A stretch of 64,000 nucleotides of DNA, from assembly GCA_964016885.1 (NCBI GenBank), contig OZ024743.1, positions 5,518,001 to 5,582,000 on the forward strand, in the 5' to 3' direction. This stretch comes from Eledone cirrhosa (taxonomy: Eukaryota). The notes beneath the pieces were generated by a model. The model searched no databases, was not told where the DNA came from, and was given only the letters and a program-made list of their open reading frames with translations. Both the position numbers and the translations under genes were made by a program. Shown piece by piece: positions 58,862 through 64,000 of this stretch; position 1 is the stretch's first letter, and each line of letters begins with the position of its first letter.

Positions 58862-58954
<93 letters not shown>

Positions 58955-59117
58955 GACGTAGATGCTACATTGTATTTGGGATACATATCTGAATATAATT
59001 GATCAACCAGCTAGTGTTTATATAAATTTACAGCAGCCGATAATCGTAAAATATTTGCTAATATTGCTAGAAATACACACACACATACACACACACATAC
59101 ACACACACACAGACACG

Positions 59118-59158
<41 letters not shown>

Positions 59159-59257
59159 TCAACTGTAATGCATTGAAACCGTAGGGACTCCCAGGAGTTT
59201 GACTGATGCGATGGGACTGTCCGTTTTCCGTTGTTTTATCCTGTGTGGCTCTTGTTT

Positions 59258-59329
<72 letters not shown>

Positions 59330-59488
59330 GGATGAACACCGATACAAGTATACATGTGTTCCAATTGCAAATGACCAAGTTTATATTCAATTATATTACA
59401 CGGCTCAGAAAGATTCCCTTCTTTGAGATATTTAATTGTAAAAGACTATTTTGAGTTTCTAACTCGATATATATAGATATATATATAA

Positions 59489-59667
59489 TATATAGAAAGG
59501 CTTCTACAAGACTAGAACTGTTTCATTCGGGGGAAATCATCAGGTTCTCCCTAATGAAACAGTTCTAGTCCTGTAGAACCCTTTCTATATTAAATATTTA
59601 TACTCTGCTTTGTATTGAGTATCTTACTTACTGTGGTTACCCCCGATTGAACGCGGGATAAACTCAT
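59489..59667 (+). mobile_element. Penelope-like remnant with inversion and hammerhead core
   Basis: 59489-59527 is inverted at 59553-59591; the minus strand reads CTGATGA-TTTC cccc GAAT-GAAA-CAG..TTG-TA; (TA)n flanks. Confidence 0.6.
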
Positions 59668-59750
59668 ATATATATGTATATATACATAATGTCATTTTTA
59701 CTAAAAGCTGAAATGGAACAAGTCATTACTCAGAGTTCTCTGTTCCATTG

Positions 59751-60269
59751 ACAACTATGAGGAAAGCGGTACAACTATGAAGAAAGCGGTACAACTATGA
59801 GGAAAGCGGTACAACTTGAAGAAAGCGGTACAACTATGAGGAAAGCGGTACAACTATGAGGAAAGCGGTACAACTATGAGGAAAGCGGTACAACTATGAA
59901 GAAAGCGGTACAACTATGAGGACAGCGGTACAACTATGAGGAAAGCGGTACAACTATGAGGAAAGCGGTACAACTATGAGGAAAGCGGTACAACTATGAA
60001 GAAAGCGGTACAACTATGAAGAAAGCGGTACAACTATGAGGAAAGCGGTACAACTATGAAGAAAGCGGTACAACTATGAGGAAAGCGGTACAACTATGAA
60101 GAAAGCGGTACAACTATGAAGGAAGCGGTACAACTATGAGGAAAGCGGTACAACTATGAAGAAAGCGGTACAACTATGAAGAAAGCGGTACAACTATGAA
60201 GGAAGCGGTACAACTATGAGGAAAGCGGTACAACTATGAGGAAAGCGGTACAACTATGAGGAAAGCGGT
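59751..60269. repeat. 20-bp minisatellite ACAACTATGA(G/A)GAAAGCGGT, about 26 copies
   Basis: Directly visible tandem array. Confidence 0.97.
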
Positions 60270-61474
60270 GACACCCATGAAAGAGTCGTTGACAATGATG
60301 AAGCGGGCAATGAGTGAAAATACTGTCACAGCCAATCTTTATAGTATACCTTGGTTGAAAGCTGGCAGCTGCTATTTGTAATAAAAGTGGTCATGTTTAA
60401 ACATGTGCTGACATCTGAATTGAATAGACCGATTAGTTTTCACCAATTCTTCCTCGTTACAAGTTCACTTATAGCTCTTCAATGTGCACTCTCTTCTCCC
60501 AGTTGTGCACTCTCTTCTCCCAGTTATGCACTCTCTTCTCCCAGTTATGCGCCCTATTCACCCAAAATAAAATAATTTCAACTTACAACTTGTCAAGCTG
60601 AGGAACATAGTTTTTGACACTTCTTGCTCTGATAGCACTAAGAAAATTACTGCAATCCAGTCCACTGACACCAACTGCCATGATAGTTCATAACAGCATA
60701 CGACTCTTTCAACCACTTTGTGTATTTCCATAAAGTGCTATGTGGCAAAGATGTTTTGCGAGTTATTTATTGATCGCAAATAATTATTATATGTTTTATT
60801 CAATTATACAAATTTGTATAAAACTGTGGTCCTTTAGGACTCAGTAATGCTCCTCTCTGAAGTCTGCCCCCTAGTTGGCTTTAATGGTAGCACGTGCCCT
60901 GCATAAACCGCAATACTCCCATGCGTTTCAAGTCCGCAACTTTATTACAATATCTCCATACTTCTATGCTAAATGTTTAACTAATTGACTTGCCTTTATC
61001 CTAGGAAATTAGTCTTTGGTTTGGCACTGTGTAGAAGTAAAAAATTGCCTGAATATATATACTAGCTACTGCTGTTGCTGTCGCTTATAATAACACTGTT
61101 ATTGTTATTGTTGCTGGTTTTTATTCTCATATGCTTCGAATTTGTCATTCATGTATCTCAAATTGGATGGATAAATGATGTATTGGATTCGGAAATAAAA
61201 GAAATCCTGGATTTCTCTTAAGTGTGGGTTGTGAAACAAAGTATTCTCTAAACCGGATGAGATTCCCTAGATTAACTAATTTCTCTGCCATAACACTGGA
61301 ATCTTCGTATACGAATTCTGTAATGGTGTATTTCTGATAAGGTTCCGGTAGCAAGCTCAATCTCTTTGATTACCAAATTGATTTCATGAATACATATATT
61401 TGGTGTATTTGTGTGTTTGTGTGTGTATGTGTGTGTGAGCGGGTGTGTCTGAGTATATGTATATATATATATGT

Positions 61475-61556
<82 letters not shown>

Positions 61557-62473
61557 GTGTGCATTCTTGACAAACAGAAAAGAAGTCCGCAATGGATGAA
61601 GTAAAGTATATTTATTTGTTGGAAGCTAATAATCTACTTCATCACTGCTCCACGGTTACTCGCAATGAAGAAAAGATGGGTTAATATGCCCAGCTTTTTC
61701 GATTATTTTGTAGTCAAATCTGCGTTGTGACAGCTTACAAGATGCTAACATAATTCTAAAACTCAAAATTGTTCAATGCTTCGTAAAATAGTTGTTTGTT
61801 TGCATACATATATGTCTTCACACGCACGTGCACATTCAAATCATACGCCAAACGTAGTGTGAATGTGCGTGTGTACGTGTATGTGTAAATGTGCGTGTGT
61901 ATGTGCATGTGTAAATGTGAGTGTATGAAACGAATACTTGCTACAGTGTAAGTTCCGCTGGAGACACCCGAGGGCATACTTTTGGTCAGCATTGGGCTGT
62001 TGTAAAAGACAATTGCCCAAGATGCCGTACACTAGGATTGAAACCAAAGCGACTTCATTGCAAAGTAAATATTTCAACACACCCACACACGCACGTGTGT
62101 GGGTGTGTGTGTGTTAAAAAGGAATAAAAAGTTTCAGCCACAGTAATCTGACAATAGAAACATGATCAAGAAGTCTTATAAATCCTACATCAATATATTC
62201 TTGTTAAACTACACGAACCTCCTCTAGTTCAGTGAAATCCTGAAATAGTTGCGATACAACAAATTAACAGATGTCGCCTGGGCAGTGCCGGTACCAGACT
62301 ATCTGGCACCCTAGTGTGCCTATATGGTAACCCCGGCCCTCTGCCTGGATATGGATTGTTTCAGAATGCCGAACATAAATTACGGATAACTCTTTCTGAA
62401 AATCGTTGTAACATTTCTAATTAATGACTTTTGAAATGTAGATAACTACTTTTAAATTAGTGAAATACATAAT

Positions 62474-62655
62474 TGTTTCTTCTTTTGGCACAAGGCCAGC
62501 AATTACCCAGTACATTACTGGAACTTTATTTTATCGACCCCGTAAGGATGAAAGGCAAAGTTGCCCTCGGCGGGGTTTGAACTCAGAATGGAAAGGGCCG
62601 TAACTCTATGCGTCAAAGCATAGTGTCCGACTCTCTACCGATACTGCCAATCCAC
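62474..62655 (-). mobile_element. tRNA-derived SINE with ATACATAAT TSD
   Basis: TSD at 62465-62473 and 62656-62664. Confidence 0.85.
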
Positions 62656-62826
62656 ATACATAATGACTGCTTTTTATATCTCTATTAGGCTTGATAATTA
62701 CGTTTTATGATAATTAGCGAGTGCAAGTTCCTATGTGCAACTGTACAATACTTTGCCATGTCATTAACTAAAGTATTATTAGTTTTACTATACCACGATA
62801 TATTTTTATTATTTTACAAGAGGTAA

Positions 62827-63040
62827 GGTGGTGGATTAGCAGTATTGGTAAAGCATCGGACAACATGCTTTCAGGCATTGAGTTACGGCCCTTTGCGTTC
62901 TGAGTTCAAATCCCGTCGAGGTTAACTTTGCCTTTCATCCTTATGGGGTCGATAAAATAGAGCACCAGTAATGCATTGGGTCGATTTAATCGACTTTCCC
63001 CTCCCCCAAAATTGTTGTCCTTGTGCCTAAAGTAGAAACA
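62827..63040 (+). mobile_element. Full-length tRNA-derived SINE
   Basis: A and B boxes, core and tail present; ATTATTTTACAA on both flanks. Confidence 0.85.
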
Positions 63041-63911
63041 ATTATTTTACAAATGGTGACGTGTGTGTATGTATGTATCTATGTATCTATGTGTCTATGT
63101 ATGTATCTATGTGTGTGTGTATGTATGTATCTATGTGTGTATGTATGTAGTGTTTATAGTGACAAACGGTAACAGCACGGACCAGCAAATGAAAGGTTGT
63201 CACGCCTTTTCTTTCACTCGTTTTGTCTCTCTGATGTGCAATACCTCGGGTGGATGTTGCCTCATCCCATTGGAAAGATGCCGAGGATGATGCGCTTGAA
63301 AAGCCATCTTGCGGATGACTACTGAAATGTGGTAGTACTCTACAATCTGGTTAACACTTATAATATCAAACCGCTTGAAACTACCCCTAGTTTTTTTTAT
63401 TCAAATTTGTTTGTTTTAAAGTGTTTATTTATATCCCAAAACCTTCAATCATTATTTTATATAGGAACATTTAAGTTATGTTCCACACAATGAGAAAGTT
63501 ATATCACTAAATCCTTTCAAATTCATAATTATCTACAAAGTTATTTGAAAATCATAGGCGTTGTCTTTCGTTAGAAATATGATAACGAAAGAGTTAATGT
63601 CTTAACTATCACTAATAGTCGAGTTTGACATACAAAGAAAGGTTAAAGGATATATAAAGCATTTTGTCAACTCCGACGCCTAAAACATTAGCACTGCACT
63701 CTTGTATATACTTAAATACATTATATATATCCCATTGTTTCCTGCATGTAAATATCTTTATCATTTTTTTTATCTCAACAATGGCCGTAGTACCATTTCT
63801 TTACGTTCTGCAGTTCATTCTATTACATATCTACTCCAAGATATTTTGATTTGCGTCTCTTGGAATACTCTTAATGAGTATATGCGTATATGTGTGTGTG
63901 TGCGTGTGCGT

Positions 63912-63959
<48 letters not shown>

Positions 63960-64000
63960 GTGCGCGTGTGCGTGTGCGTGTGCGTGTGTATATACACATA

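Overview
AT-rich, microsatellite-dense eukaryotic DNA; the repeat repertoire suggests a coleoid cephalopod, probably octopus (inference, no search run). Almost all long ORFs in the track are artefacts of simple or tandem repeats. Content I can support: (1) a probable first coding exon and promoter on the minus strand at about 16.5-17.0 kb; (2) many tRNA-derived SINEs, MITEs and decayed LINEs (RTE-like, L1/Tx1-like, R4/Dong-like with restriction-like endonuclease, RLE); (3) several unrelated short ORF-less elements inserted in (TA)n tracts, with Penelope-like inverted or tandem architecture and minimal type I hammerhead ribozyme motifs, some with a non-canonical U3-A8 core (retrozyme-like); (4) a 15.9-kb 63-bp satellite and a 1.5-kb 15/21-bp minisatellite that both appear to have grown out of one decayed R4/Dong-like LINE; (5) a duplicated ~460-bp imperfect palindrome carrying two convergent tRNA-like Pol III cassettes. 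All folds and alignments were done by eye.
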